Made by a program: the position numbers and the translations under genes. Shown here in pieces: positions 1 through 13,680 of a stretch of DNA of 64,000 nt. Source of the stretch: Octopus sinensis (lineage: Eukaryota); the NCBI RefSeq assembly GCF_006345805.1, contig NC_043008.1, positions 17,112,001-17,176,000 on the forward strand, in the 5' to 3' direction. The notes under the pieces are model-generated. The model was not told the origin of the DNA. It saw nothing but the letters and a program-made list of their open reading frames with translations, and ran no database searches. Position 1 is the first letter of the stretch; each line of letters begins with the position of its first letter.

Positions 1-73
1 CTATAGCCCTGGACTGACCAAAGCCCTGTAGAGAATTTGATACATGCACAGACAGCCACACACCCATACACGT

Positions 74-358
74 GTTTTATTTGTTCATAAGGGCCGGTTT
101 CCCGGTTTCCTTGGCGTATAGGTTCCCCACCTGGACGGGACACCGGTCCGTCACGGGTGAGCTGCAAGATGCAGGAGGAAAGAGTGAGAGAAAGTTGTGG
201 CGAAAGAGTCAGCAGAAGTTCGCAGTTACCTTCTGCCAGAGCCGCGTGGAGCTTAGGTGTTTCGTTCATAAACACACACATTCCCTGGTCTGAGATTCGA
301 ATCCGCGATCCCTCGACCGCGAGTCTGCTGCTCTAACCCCTAGGCCATATGCCTCCAC
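74..358 (-). mobile_element. tRNA-derived SINE family C, short (V-domain-like) tail variant
   Basis: Reverse complement has a tRNA-like head (A box tggcctaggggttag, B-box-like ttcgaatc). The body and tail match the + copy at 63176-63500. Confidence 0.8.
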
Positions 359-2114
359 TATATCAGTGTGAATGTTTGTGTCTTTTCATTCATGATTTCC
401 CCCACCAGTTGACAATCAGTTTTAGTGTGCCTATGTCCCCGTATCTTACTATACCCCAAAGAGTCTACATTTTATATCTAATGCTTCTAAATTACCATTA
501 TTTCCCGTTGATTAATGTTTTGCTTACATTGTTTCTCTTTTCTCTTGTTGTTAGCATATTTGTGATACAGAAATAAATTGCTCCCGTCGAATGGTGCAAC
601 AACAACGTAGATAGAAACTGAAGCACAGCAACGTCAGTAGCAAAAGAAAAGTAAAATCAAGTGTACCAGCATGTTATTCAACGGATAAAAATCTATTTAC
701 AAGCCACAGTTATAACATTCCAAACTCTGCACTGTTTTTAACTAAACACCCTTAACGATTTCAGATATGAGATTATTTCTGAAGTAGGTAAAAGCGACAA
801 CTTTAGCAAACCAAGTCGTGAATGACGTAGAGAACTGTCGAAACCGTTAATAGATGAAAAGAAAACAATAACAACGAGTAGAAAACATGAGACGGTTTAG
901 CAAAAATGATTGCCATCACAAATTTGTCAAGCAGAAACAATGACGACTGAATTTGCCAAAGGAAACAGACCTACATATTAACGATGGCGAAGCAAACTAA
1001 TGAAAAACGAAATATATGTAACCACAAGCTGATAACATTCCTTTGAAACGTTTGTGCTGCAAGTGCCATGAATCAGTAAGTTATGTTATATTTGAGAATG
1101 ATTTGCCGTTAGTCTAGCAACAACGAAGTATCGCATTCCTATGGAAAATTGTTTGCCTCCAGTGCCCTGTTTCCGATCAAGCCATTTATTATTATTTTTT
1201 AATAATATCTCCATGGATTTCGATGATTCGAATGAATTTAACTGACCAAACAATGGCATGCTCGAATATCCTTTGTGTAAATTAGTCATGTTATAATTTC
1301 ATTCTCTATTCTTGCGACAAAAAGCTGTTGCAGAGAATCTAACAGAATCCCTTCTTCGTTGTGCAATATTTGTTCACTAAGTCCAAAATATTAGTTGCGT
1401 AATATTTCCATAATTTTCCCATAAAATCTACCTACATTTCACCAATGATATACCGTCTCTCTGCAAAGTTGGTGACTGATACTCGGCATGGGCAAATCTT
1501 TCACTGTTTTTAGCATATTAAATTGACACCAGTACTTCAACTGGTACTCATTCTAATGGCCTTGTTACAATATACAAAACAGTTATCAAAGCCGGAATAG
1601 AATAAAGGTACCGCGACAGACTAAATTACTTAACCTTTAAACATAGATAACAAGTTTATACACTTGTTGTGAAGAAGTACAAACACAGCTTAGAAGAAAT
1701 TATACATATGTAAATATTTAGATAGGTAAGAAAACATAGAGACGATTTAAAATAAGAACCGGAGTGGACTGATGTTTTTCTCTCTATCAAATGTATCGTA
1801 GTTATGTTCGACTGTTCATAATGTTACGAAGTATATCTAAATTCTTGATTAAGTCCATTTACACTAAGCCGATTAAAATTGTTTGACCTCCTGGAGATTA
1901 GTGTTTCTACTAAACTGGTTATTGACTTCTGGAACACTTCGTGTTATATCAAAAATATCCAATGCTGAATTGCCTATTTTGCCTCCATTTTGTCTCGGCT
2001 GAATTTCAACGATAGCTTTATCTGTAATTTTCATCAGTGATTAATTTTGAACTGCACTAAAGTAATAACAACAACAATAATAACACCACCACCACCAACA
2101 ACACTACCACCACC

Positions 2115-2176
<62 letters not shown>

Positions 2177-2178
<2 letters not shown>

Positions 2179-2321
2179 TGGTTGTGATGCATGTGCCTAG
2201 TGTACCCTTATCAGACGGGTAGTCATGATGGGTATACTGGGCTTCGTATATTTTACCCCAGTGTCACTTTGATGGCATGCACTGCTCTCTTTTAAATAAT
2301 AATAATAATAATAATAATAAT
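2177..2321 (+). mobile_element. 5'-truncated copy of the ~560-bp AAT-tailed interspersed repeat
   Basis: Matches the 3' part of the full copy at 10390-10948 and ends cactgctctc followed by (aat)n. Confidence 0.8.
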
Positions 2322-2643
2322 GGTCTACAGCAAACGATATGTGCATATCTGATCACGGGAAGAAGTAGTGGAGGAGCATCATAGTTATGTGGTGAGAGGA
2401 ATTCTTTGGGGTTTGAATGAGTCACCTAGAGACAAATGGGCATTTCATTCAACGTCCTTAAACAACACATATTCGAGGACCATTTGAGCGGGATGAGGTA
2501 CTCGACCTGTAGAAAATTCTGAGCTCCAGCTGCAAGGTCATGCGCTGGTTACCTTGATATAAGATCACCATGTGATGCATATGTGGTTGTGATGCATGTG
2601 CCTGGTGTACCCTTATGAGACCGGTAGTCATGATAGGTACACT
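2322..2643 (+). mobile_element. Internally deleted copy of the ~560-bp AAT-tailed repeat
   Basis: Reverse-complement similarity to 10390-10948 (gatatgtgcatatctgatcacg ... ggtagtcatgatagg). Confidence 0.75.
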
Positions 2644-2994
2644 ACATAGTGCAATGAAACCTCCTGATAAGAATAAGATTATCGCCTAATGATAATAATA
2701 GCAATTTTAGCTTTATGAACGACTAAGGATTCAGAGAAAGCATTTGGGTTGATGCAGAACAAAACAGTATGATGTTACATAAAATGAAACGTATAAACAG
2801 CCAAGACAATAACAAAATAAGTTTTAACAACAAAATATTTCCCAAAAGAGAAAGACTTGTTAGGCCTGCTCGTGGAAGCCACGCAAAAATCACTATCGCC
2901 CTAGTAACTAGGGTAGTTACCCTCTCTACAATTTTCTCCTTCAGTCTACTGACGTACAGTTACATTCTTGCAGCATTCACCCAACTTTGAACGT

Positions 2995-3205
2995 GACTGT
3001 TGGTAGGCAGCACTTCCATTTTTTTATCCTCACCTTTTCAGGCGAAACTTGAAAAAGGTGATGAGGGCTTAGCCAAAGAAGAAAGCATCTCTCTTCCATC
3101 CTATCAACCTTGTCCACCCCACAACCACTTTCGCTAAGGCCACCAGGTAAAGAATCATTGCCTGCACTTTCCGACCGAAGCAAGGCAGGAGAACATCTTT
3201 AAAAA
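2995..3205 (-). mobile_element. Tx1/L1-like LINE ORF2 C-terminal remnant
   Basis: Minus frame reads ILYLVALAKVVVGWTRLIG...ALITFFKFRLKR, which resembles the C-terminus of L1/Tx1-clade ORF2 (from memory). Stops are present. Confidence 0.5.
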
Positions 3206-3325
3206 ATTTGGAAATATAATAAAAGAAATTTTTAAGAAAACCCACGTGCCACGAACAGGCTGCAAATACAACGAATAGCAACAGCAGCAGCAACAGCAGT
3301 AGTAGTGGCAACAGCAGTAGTAGTT

Positions 3326-3373
<48 letters not shown>

Positions 3374-3374
3374 A

Positions 3375-3407
<33 letters not shown>

Positions 3408-3419
3408 CAGCAGCCGTTC

Positions 3420-3598
3420 AAGAATTTGGACCTGGAGATCTCCATTTCCAGCGACTGCGAGGGCCACCTCCCAGTGGTGTCGGGCATCAACGTAGAGCCC
3501 TCGACTACAACAAGACGACCAAATTTCTTTTTTCCTAGGTTTGGGGGTCTCCCGCCCCTAAGCCCTAGACCATCACCTAATCACCCTTACCCGTCTTG
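3420..3598 (-). mobile_element. Probable LINE-derived fragment flanked by (tag)n/(aac)n microsatellites
   Basis: GC-richer segment next to the Tx1-like piece, with a disrupted frame; family not identified. Confidence 0.3.
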
Positions 3599-4095
3599 TT
3601 GCTTAACAACCACAACAACAACAATAGCAGCAACAGTAGTAGTGGTAGTAGTAGCAGCAGCAGCAGTAGTAGCAGCAGCAGTAGTAGTAGTAGTAGTAGT
3701 AGTAGTAACGATGATAATAATATGCTTTCTAAAAATCTTACAGCTGCGTTTCCTGCTGTTGTAGATAATGTTATTCTCATAATTATTACAGGTATGTCAT
3801 ATGAGTTTCTTATAAGTGTTGCACTAATCAGCAGCCTTTATTCACTGACCGTTTTATGGGGATGTTTGAAATTAGCAATGAAATGGAATTCGACAAATCG
3901 ATAGCTACATAATTCTGTAGATCTTTGTGTTGGAATCTGATTTGATTAAATTCATAATCCTTATAGGAATGAATATCAAAGATGGAGACCGATATATCGT
4001 GTATCGTATATAGTCGTGTAATGTTCTGCAAGCTGGAAACTAGAAATGACCTGCTTATGATGATTCCATTATCGAAATACTGTTCAATTTAAAAG

Positions 4096-4146
4096 GAAGA
4101 AACTTAATAAGCAATATGAACGCTTTTACGCACTAAACAGCTACAG
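4096..4146 (+). CDS. Candidate small coding exon (KKLNKQYERFYALNSY), unidentified
   Basis: AG acceptor at 4094-4095, GTAAAT donor at 4147, only one open frame, phase 2-2. Phase-compatible with 5094-5155. Confidence 0.25.
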
Positions 4147-4663
4147 GTAAATTGATGTTCGAATTCGACGGGATTGCATTATTTTTTTTTCTTATACATT
4201 TCATGAAATCTAACTCTCCATAATAATGTGAGATGAAGGTAATCGCTGTGTTGATCGAGAATCCAATAAGATGAATTGTAATTGTTTGATTCAGTCAGAA
4301 CTTTGACTAATATATAAAAGCTGCATGAAATTGAGTTGTAGGTCTATACATCTAGCAGTAAATACAATTTGGTTATGATACAACATCTCTCCTATGAATG
4401 CTGTCGGAAATTTAAAAGTTGAAACCTGCTGCATTAGTTTCCAGTACTGGTATCGACAATTGCATTGATCAACGTATCCTTCTCTCATTAAGAAGTTGGT
4501 AGCCCTGCTGTATTTAGCGATTCGGAGGATCACATAGAGGCTTCTCATTACCAAAAATTATTTTAGAGAAACTGATGTACCAAAACATCTTGGTTAGGAG
4601 ATAATGTTTTAGAACATAATTGGGAAGTAGTACACACACATATAAATGTATATATATATATAT

Positions 4664-4826
4664 ATTGTTGTATTTCGGAATGGTCATATTGCCAGTTTAG
4701 CCAATTAAAACACACGCACTACATATGTGGTGTTACTTTGCTTCAGTGTTGTCTATTTTTTACATTAATCTTAATCTTATTTTATTGGCTAAACTGGCAA
4801 TATGACCATTCCAAAATACAACAATG
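4664..4826. mobile_element. MITE with ~42-bp terminal inverted repeats
   Basis: attgttgtatttcggaatggtcatattgccagtttagccaat pairs with attggctaaactggcaatatgaccattccaaaatacaacaat (1 mismatch). Confidence 0.85.
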
Positions 4827-5093
4827 TCTTTTTCAACACACGACTTCACATAAAAAAAATCTTGCACAACAAATATATAAACGTAATATATATATATATA
4901 TAATTTAAAACATTTTCATTCGGGTCCATACAAATTAAATTTTCACGGGCCTCTAAAAGAAGCCCGTACCTCTCTCAGGTGTACATTTCTGCAATAGTGT
5001 GTGTGTATAAGAAGCCTTCTCTTAAGTAGTGGCGACACTGAATCTATCGTCCAGTGTAATATTTCCATGTTGCACTCAACATGCCTTTCATAG

Positions 5094-5155
5094 ATTTATT
5101 CTGATGCATTCATTCTGCACCGTTTCCTGCATGAGAATAGATTCTTACGTTACTG
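5094..5155 (+). CDS. Candidate small coding exon (RFILMHSFCTVSCMRIDSYVTG, or alternative frame IYSDAFILHRFLHENRFLRYW)
   Basis: Acceptor catgcctttcatAG and donor GTATGC; two frames are open. Confidence 0.3.
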
Positions 5156-5336
5156 GTATGCTGCAAAATGATAAAGGTCTCCTGTTTGTTTTCGAGTATA
5201 AGAAAAGAAAATATCCAAATTTTGGGTTTGTTAACTAAACAAATTTGCAAAATATGGACGCTGCTTAAAAATAGCAAACAATTGTCATAAAAGACGGAGG
5301 TCTGCCCTTCAAGGAGTAAAGATAGCCTAAATATGT

Positions 5337-5527
5337 TGGCACAAGGCCAGCAATTTAGGGGGATGAGGTGAATCGATAACATCGATCTAAGTGCTTAACG
5401 TGTACTAAGTTTATCGATTCCGAAAGGATGAAAGACAGAGTGAAACCCACGGGAATTTTAATGCAGAACGAAAACACGGACGAAATGCTGTTTAGTATTT
5501 TATCCGGCGTTTTAGCGACTCTGCCAA
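5337..5527 (-). mobile_element. SINE family A (tail variant 1), degenerate
   Basis: Reverse complement contains the ctttcatcctttcgga-atcgataaa core and a gctggccttgtgcc tail. Confidence 0.7.
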
Positions 5528-5809
5528 AACTTTTTTCAAGGAGTGATAATGTGTGTGTGTTTGTGTATGTGAGTGTGTATGTGTGAGTGTGTGTATGTGC
5601 GTGTGCGTGTGTGTGTGCGTGCGTATGTGGTCTGTATGTGTGTGTATGTGTATGTTACTTCGTCAAAATTCAGATTACGGTCAAGGAGAACAGTGATCGA
5701 AGACCATTCCTACCGTAACTATTCGTTGTTAGTGATTTAAAAAAAAAAAAACTAAATGCATATAATATCATATTAATTAATGTCTGGTCCGTTCCGGTTT
5801 TCTACTCTC

Positions 5810-5915
5810 CAACTTCAAATGCCACCAGAGTCGATAAAATAAGTACCAGTCGAGCACTGGCATCTATATAATCAACTTGCTCTCTCCTCAACATTGTTGG
5901 CCCTGTGCCGAACCG
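5810..5915 (+). mobile_element. SINE family A fragment
   Basis: gtcgataaaataagtaccagtcgagcactgg ... ggccctgtgcc. Confidence 0.65.
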
Positions 5916-6667
5916 AGTACGAATTATTGTTTGTTAAAAAGACACGCTGGAATATAATTAGTGTATGATTTCTACTAGATTCAACGCTATGAAAAACGTC
6001 ACTCCTACACGAAGGAAAATTCAAAAGAGCGAAAACAACGAATCACTGCATTATTGTATCTGAAAACTTTTAGTGTTACCTCGTATACGTATGATTCGGT
6101 AGAGTTAAGTAACTTAATCCAGAATATTGTTACACCCATAAGGGAAATAGGATAACTAACGATTTGTTCTATGCTTAAACAATGTTTAAATAATGTGCAA
6201 AAAAATACAAAGAAGTATTTGAATATTATACTATACAAAATATAAGACACGTGGAAGAAAAAAATCAAGATTATTGAGTACCTACACTAATGAATAAAAG
6301 CTTTCCAGCAACGATAAGAATTTATTTATTGATATGTTTTGGGGTAGAATTAACTGCAGTAGAAATTTAACATCCCGGTGGTAACGAAAGTAAAAATATT
6401 CAAATGACAATCATTGAAATTAGCAACGCTTTTTCTTTAATCTGCAGTTGTTGTTGTTGTAGTTGTGATTATCGTTGTTGTTGTAGTTGTAGAATAGAGA
6501 AGAAAAAATAAAAAGGAAAGAAAATGTATTTTATTCTTTTGCATTTTGAAATCGGAGAAATATTTATATTACGTATTGTTTAGGCAAACGCATTTGAATT
6601 TTCCTTCGATTCGTGGAGGAAAGTGAAAATCCTTGATTAGATTACCCGTGAGCGCAATAATAAAAAT

Positions 6668-6669
<2 letters not shown>

Positions 6670-6710
<41 letters not shown>

Positions 6711-6836
6711 GTGATGGTGATGTTATTCTAAAAAAAAGCTGCTATTAATATTACTTGCGTTATCAACATCATAATTGTTCTTCTTTTCCTTCTTCTTTTC
6801 CTCCTCCTCCTTTTTCTTCTTCTTCTTCTTCTTCTT

Positions 6837-6899
<63 letters not shown>

Positions 6900-6951
6900 A
6901 TTATTGTTGTTGTTGTTGTTGTTATTATTATTATTGTTATTATTATTATTG

Positions 6952-7001
<50 letters not shown>

Positions 7002-7095
7002 TTTAATCATCATCACCATCATCATCGTCATCGTCATCATCATCATCATCATCATCATTATCATCATTGTTATTATTATAATTATTATTATCATC
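6670..7095. repeat. Compound trinucleotide microsatellite (aat/ttc/tta/ttg/cat)
   Basis: Directly visible; explains the homopolymeric ORFs here. Confidence 0.95.
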
Positions 7096-7576
7096 TGGTG
7101 TTGGCGATACTGTTGCTGTTATCAGCATTCTTCATTTTTCTACAAATGTAAACGTTTAGCAAGTAATTCACCACAATACACGCAATTAGGCCCGTATGGA
7201 CAGTGCATTTGTTCCTATGCTTTATTAATTTCGGCGCACCCTCTCCCCTGCCCCTGCACAGATATATCGAATGAAAATGTATGGTTGCATGGCGACGATG
7301 TTTCATATACAGCCTCATGTAATTGGACGTAGGTTCACTGCGTGGCACATTTAACATATGACTTCTACCTCATCCAATGCCTCGTGACTAACAACACCAG
7401 TGCAAAATATATGTTCGAATGCATATGCCTATGCATATACTTATAGATATACATACATACTTACATATATACATACATGCATACACACACATATGTATAT
7501 ATACATCTAGCTTTCTCTTAATAAATGTCCTAGAAATTTTACACTGCTGCCGCCCGCGTGTTAGTTGTAAGTAACA

Positions 7577-7775
<199 letters not shown>

Positions 7776-8066
7776 TGATATATAATAAAAGTGTAATCAT
7801 ATGGCTTAGAATCTGTTATTTATTTGTAGTTTGTGAACACAAAATCATAGATCAAAATAGAAGCCCAATATTTCTGTTTCTTTGATTCAATGATATTAAA
7901 TAAATCTAAAAATCTCCCCAAAGAAAAGACTCTAAATGTGTCTATGGATACAGTTGCTTGTTGATTACGCGCAGATGCACAGAAATTTGCACGTAGTAAT
8001 TCCACCGCCATTGCTGAAGGGCTTTCATGTGTCACTGATATATCTCTGTGCTTTTTAGTATTGTAG

Positions 8067-8132
8067 GTCCATACGAGGTGCTTTCTCGAGACGAGTCCCA
8101 CAACTATGGCGCTTTCTTCCATATAGCGTTAA
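8067..8132 (+). CDS. Candidate small coding exon (GPYEVLSRDESHNYGAFFHIAL, or alternative frame WSIRGAFSRRVPQLWRFLPYSV)
   Basis: Acceptor ctttttagtattgtAG, donor GTAAGG, 66 nt. Both frames continue the open frames of 5094-5155. Confidence 0.3.
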
Positions 8133-8254
8133 GTAAGGTATACAGAATGGCATAAAAGGAAACAAATGGCTGTCCATAGTTTGATTGTATATCAAACGCC
8201 TTATGCGTGAATCATTATATTAATATATTATGGAAAATAGGTGGTGGGCTTAGC

Positions 8255-8380
8255 AAATGTCACCGAGGTCGACTTTCCCTTTCGGGGTCAATAAATTAAG
8301 TACCAGCTGAGTACTGAGATCGATGTAATCGATAAGCCCCACTCCCCGAATTTTCTGGTCTTGCACCAAAATTTGAAACC
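8255..8380 (+). mobile_element. SINE family A 3' half (tail variant 1)
   Basis: ccgaggtcgactttccctttcggggtcaataaattaagtaccag ... ccaaaatttgaaacc. Confidence 0.8.
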
Positions 8381-9566
8381 AATATAATATGTAAGGACGA
8401 GACATCTTTCAACCTATATTATTATGAAGTGACTTTTAGACATAATAAAAACTGAAGTTATTTTTTAAAGTTAGCGTATTTGTATTTCCTTATTTCGTTG
8501 TTATGCTGCCGTCATTGTGGTTCTTGTCTGTGGCTAAGAAGACTTTTCTTTCTTTTAAAGTAAAATTTGAATTGAAGACCATGATTAAAAGAAGAGTAGC
8601 ATCCACTCTGAGTAGCACTGTATTATTTTAATAAATATCTGATTGTAGAACTGAAACAATAAAGAATTCCAAAGACAAATATTCATGATACAAACAACCA
8701 CATTCAGTAACTAGAACTAGACAGCCGACATCAAAATAGTTCAAATAAAGAATTTGTTCATGACCTGGACGTAACAACATCTGCAGGTGCAGTTTTCTAG
8801 TTTTCTCCAAATACATTAACAAGCTGTCAATTATCTGTGGCTGAGTAATTAGAAATATCCTTAGCAGACACGCAGCAGTGACTTTGGTGCGTTGGAAATC
8901 AATTATCAATTAGATTAGTCAAATGCTCGTGGAAATTGTGTTACGCAGGTCATACCTACCACACGGGAAGGTGAAATCACAAAAAGATCTTTCACAAAAT
9001 AAATAAACACATGTAAAAGACATGGATTTCTGGGAATGCCATCACACGTTGCTTCTTTGGTCTTAAACTTTAATGGATGCTGAGATATTACTTGCATGCT
9101 TAGCTCCCCTGTATGACTTCTACAAATAAAGCAAATAACAATATCGGGAAATGTAATCAAATTACTGGTAATCCTTCCCTACGATTCCTACCAGAGAATC
9201 CTGTTCGGGAACAGTCACGAATTCAAAGAGCAATAACAATGTAAATAACGTGTGAGGATGCTAATATAGTTAACACCTATTTCTGGTGAAGATATTAAAA
9301 GAATGACAAACACTGATGGTTTCCAGTATCCCAGTAAGTGTTGCCATGTAAGTGGGCTCTACTAACATTCACGGACCGATGCTGAATAGAAAGAGAAGCG
9401 GATCGCACACGTTTTATGACAGAGATTTACAAGTAATTTCATGTCATGTTATTAGATTACTAGAAGTAACTAAATATGGATATAAACAAATCAGGTATAT
9501 CAAATAACATAGAACATAAATTCTTGGTTTATTAGAATTATCTCTGCCTCCTTAGGATGCATCATA

Positions 9567-9792
9567 TACAGTAATCCCTTGCCATATCGTTGTTCACCTA
9601 CCGCGGTGTATTATTTAAGATTACGTCGATTCCTCCGTTGTGTTGTTTTGCATATATAATAATATAAATATATACAAATTATAAAAATAATTTTAAAGAT
9701 ATACAGTACAGTAATGTCTCTACTTCGCAGATTTTCACCTATCACGGGGTGTTTTGGAACGTAACATCCGCGATAGTCGAGGTATAATTGTA
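9567..9792. mobile_element. pogo/Tigger-like MITE, degenerate
   Basis: TA-CAGTAATCCCT... left end and ...cgcgatagtcgaggtataattg-TA right end, with an internal cacctatcacgggg...gaacgtaacatccgcgat motif typical of Tigger-type MITEs. Confidence 0.6.
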
Positions 9793-10148
9793 TACCAGCT
9801 GATAATTATAATACATTTGTGAAGAGGAGATAATCTCAAGATTCAAGAATTCCTAGAAAGTTGACGAGACAATAAGGACAAGCTCACTGTCTGAAGATAA
9901 GAGGAGCATTTTGTAGAAGCGTGTTTCTGCCTCAATAGCCGTTATCAGCGTGACAATTGCCTATCCTTATCTCCAGTAACCAAGAGACTTAGACTAATTC
10001 AAAAACGAGTAGTACATGTATATGGCGCATTCTGATATCTATCTAGCGCTAATACTTCAGTATTAGAGAAGATCAACTTATTTACTATCCACACCTCTAA
10101 GTCCAGCTAAACGTTTTCTTTCATCAAACCGCAAAGATTATATAAATT

Positions 10149-10325
10149 TGGTAAATGTGAATATGATACATTATTTACATTTGACGGATATTTGTCCTCA
10201 TCTTGTTAGTTGTTAACCCAACATTTCTGCTGATATACCCTCCAGCCTTCATCAGGTGTCTTGAGGAAATTTGGAATCTTGGTTCTCATTCCTAAAGTAT
10301 TTTTCGATGTTCTTGTTGTTGTTGT
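10149..10325 (-). mobile_element. Penelope-like pLTR remnant (family H1)
   Basis: Reverse complement of the 38600-38790 sequence. An inverted copy of its tail lies at 11090-11160. Confidence 0.7.
10215..10260 (-). ncRNA. Minimal type I hammerhead ribozyme motif (H1), mutated
   Basis: rc: gacac CTGATGA a ggctg gagggtatat cagca GAAA tgtt gggtt. Stems II, III and I each carry a substitution. Confidence 0.6.
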
Positions 10326-10346
10326 TATTATTATTATTATTATTAC

Positions 10347-10389
<43 letters not shown>

Positions 10390-10944
10390 GAGTGAGAGAG
10401 CAGTTCATGCCATCAAAGTGACACTGGGGTAAAATATACGAAGCCCAATATACCTATCTTGACTACCCCTTCTGATAAGGGTACATCAGGCACATGCATC
10501 ACAACCATATGTGCGCGACATGGTGATCTCATATCAAGATAAACAGCACATGACCTTGCAGGTGAGGCCCAGTTAGAATTTTCTTCAGGTTGAGTATCCC
10601 ATCCCGCTCAAAATGTCCTTGAATAAGGGTTGTTTAAGGATGTTGAAAGAACCACCCATGTTTCCAGAGGTGAATTATTCAAACCCCAAAGAATCCCTCT
10701 CAACACATGGCTATGATGCACCCCCACTACTTCTGCTCGTGATCAGAGATGCACATATCGTCAGCCACTAAGGGACATGCTCAACAGGTTAAAGTCAAAC
10801 AACTGACAAGCAAATCTGTGGTATTGAGCAGAATATTTGCTGTAGCCCATCTTTTATTCCAAGACAAAACAATGTACATGATAACACTTCCAATCAGTTA
10901 AGATCAGAAGCCTTGAGTGCCACTGCCTGGTACTGCATCAGGGC

Positions 10945-10948
<4 letters not shown>
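10390..10948 (-). mobile_element. Longest copy of an unclassified ~560-bp AAT-tailed retroposon-like repeat
   Basis: Four copies in the window. Truncated copies keep the ...ctctcactc(aat)n 3' end. This copy sits inside an (att)n tract. Confidence 0.75.
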
Positions 10949-10998
<50 letters not shown>

Positions 10999-11030
10999 TA
11001 TTATTATTATTATTGGTATTATTATTATTG

Positions 11031-11089
<59 letters not shown>

Positions 11090-11090
<1 letters not shown>

Positions 11091-11160
11091 GGACAAATGT
11101 AAATAATGTAAATAATGTAAATAATGTACAGAATTCCTCATCTCTTAAATATAGAACTGT
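11090..11160 (+). mobile_element. Inverted tail fragment of PLE family H1
   Basis: aatgtaaataatgtacagaattcctcatctcttaaatatagaactgt matches 38745-38790. Confidence 0.7.
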
Positions 11161-12054
11161 GTGAATATGATTTTGAGACGTCCATGCTTTTGTACAGATG
11201 AAATGTAATGGCTCCAAAAGATAGTTCGAAACCGTCAGCTTCGCCCTGGATTCCTGGATTTTCTTTACCCATTTCTCCATGAAGCTATATTTATTTAATA
11301 TAGGATTTCAGCGTGTAGCGGTCATGATCAACTGATTAGACGAAATTCAATATTTAGTTCAATATTATTTTTTATGTTTTATGTTCTGTGCTTAAAGTAC
11401 GTCGATATGGAATTTGTATTTACTTCTTCTTGCAAAGCTAAATTAGTGTCATTTGTGCACCGAGTCCATTTGATTTATTTTAAAATCATCCATAAAAGTG
11501 TGTCGACTTTATCCGATATATAATACTACAATATATTAGGTCGATGCCAAAACACGCACAAACACAAACATACCCTTACCAAGCAAAAATAGAGAAATAC
11601 ACTCGGGCTTTAGAATATGTCCTATGTCTCGCCAAAACATATCAATATAAAGATGTCTCGGTAACTCTTGTAAAAGAAGTAGCACTTTCCTCAATATATC
11701 GATATATATATATCAAGCGAATTTATCGATTTGACCGAAATCATAAAGTATTGCACTAAATTATTATATTCTTGTGTCCCGTTTTTATTCTTTCCTAATA
11801 TGATCTTATTTCAAGTACTACTACAGCGGTTCGAATTTAGGTCTCGTCCATTCGTCTCCGCTGGAGTTTAGTTCCACCAACGTTTTAGGGACCAAGATAA
11901 TTGATGAAATACCAACGGCAAAATACATTAAAAAAATATAAATAAATTATATAAATGATACAAATAATATATATAAAATCATATATAATAAATAAGCAAA
12001 TTGGATTGGTGCCCAGTCAGATATCAATATATCAAACAATCAATAAACTGATAA

Positions 12055-12076
12055 TATATATATATTTATATATGTG

Positions 12077-12109
<33 letters not shown>

Positions 12110-12220
12110 ATGTACATGTGCGGGCATTTGTGAGTGCGTTTATGCGAATACTACATATACATATTAGTGCATATATATATATGTATGCACATATATTTAT
12201 GTATATATATATATACATAT

Positions 12221-12275
<55 letters not shown>

Positions 12276-12276
12276 C

Positions 12277-12347
<71 letters not shown>

Positions 12348-12356
12348 GTATATAAT

Positions 12357-12421
<65 letters not shown>

Positions 12422-12438
12422 ATATATATATATATATA
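12055..12438. repeat. (GT)n/(AT)n compound microsatellite
   Basis: Directly visible. Confidence 0.95.
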
Positions 12439-12911
12439 TGGGGTTGCACTATTGGTAGGGGTTTTGTTATGCTTCGTTTCTTTATTTTACTTTTATCACT
12501 TTAGAGATTTGAATGATTTCTGTTGGGATTCCGATAATGAATAGATGTTCCTTCTAGTCAAGTATCCCATTACTTCAATAACCCAATAGCGCAGTAACTC
12601 CACAGCATTGATAGGTTTCGATTTTTAAATACTGAACAATAAATTGTATCAAGAGATGAGAGTGGTTTTGGTGGGGTCTTGCTTTACATCAAACAAAAGC
12701 CCTATCAGTTAAGTGGCTGAGAGTGGTAGGGTGCCATTTCTCTGTTGAGCATGAAGTTGCAGCTATGCTTTCACTATCGGTATGGTAGAAGAATTGCAAC
12801 ATAAATAATGAAAAGAAATATACACATAATATATATATATATATAGGAAGCATGAAGGATAATTTAATAAACAATATAGGGATAGAGGAAGGGAGCAAAC
12901 AAACAAACAAA

Positions 12912-12954
12912 TTATGATGATGATGATAGTAATAATAACAATAATAATAATAAC

Positions 12955-13007
<53 letters not shown>

Positions 13008-13277
13008 TAATAATGATAATAATAATAACAATAATAATAACAACAACGAATACAACACCAGTGATATCCAATCATAAATAATAAATAGTAATATCAGCTT
13101 GAGACATGAATACAGTAAAGGACCACAATAACAGCAATAACAACGAGAACAACAGTAAGAATGAGAACTACAACGCTAACGATAAACAACGGCAACAATG
13201 CCAATGGCATTAGACAAATCATAAACTACATAAAATAAAAAAAAACAACAACAACAACAACAATAATAATAATAATA

Positions 13278-13309
<32 letters not shown>

Positions 13310-13529
13310 GCGTAAATAACGATAATAAATACAATAAATAATAACAACAACAACGATAATAATAATGATAATAATAGTGATAATAATAATAATAATGATA
13401 ATAATAATAATGATAATAATAATAATAATAATGGCAATGATATTAATAATAGTATTAATAATAACATAAATAACGATTATAAATACAATAAATAATAACA
13501 ACAACGATAATAATAATAATAAGAATAAC

Positions 13530-13575
<46 letters not shown>

Positions 13576-13646
13576 TTAATAAAAATAATAATAGTAATAA
13601 TAATAATAATAATGATAATAATAATAATAATAATAATGATAATATT

Positions 13647-13677
<31 letters not shown>

Positions 13678-13680
13678 TTA
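12912..13680. repeat. Long compound (aat)n/(aac)n region with a duplicated internal unit
   Basis: aaataacgat(a/t)ataaatacaataaataataacaacaac occurs at ~13314 and ~13468. Confidence 0.9.

Noticed and set aside
1800-2040. Additional PLE endonuclease remnant (minus frame ...LSVNGLNQE)
   Set aside because: Only a short GLN motif is present, which is not enough to support a call.
5094-5125. IYSDAFILH as an anoctamin motif
   Set aside because: The residues that follow do not resemble anoctamin and no other anoctamin exons were found.
10890-10948. U2 snRNA-like words (taagatca, cctggtactgca) at the end of the 560-bp repeat
   Set aside because: The matches are short and non-colinear, and there is no Sm site or branch-point-pairing sequence.
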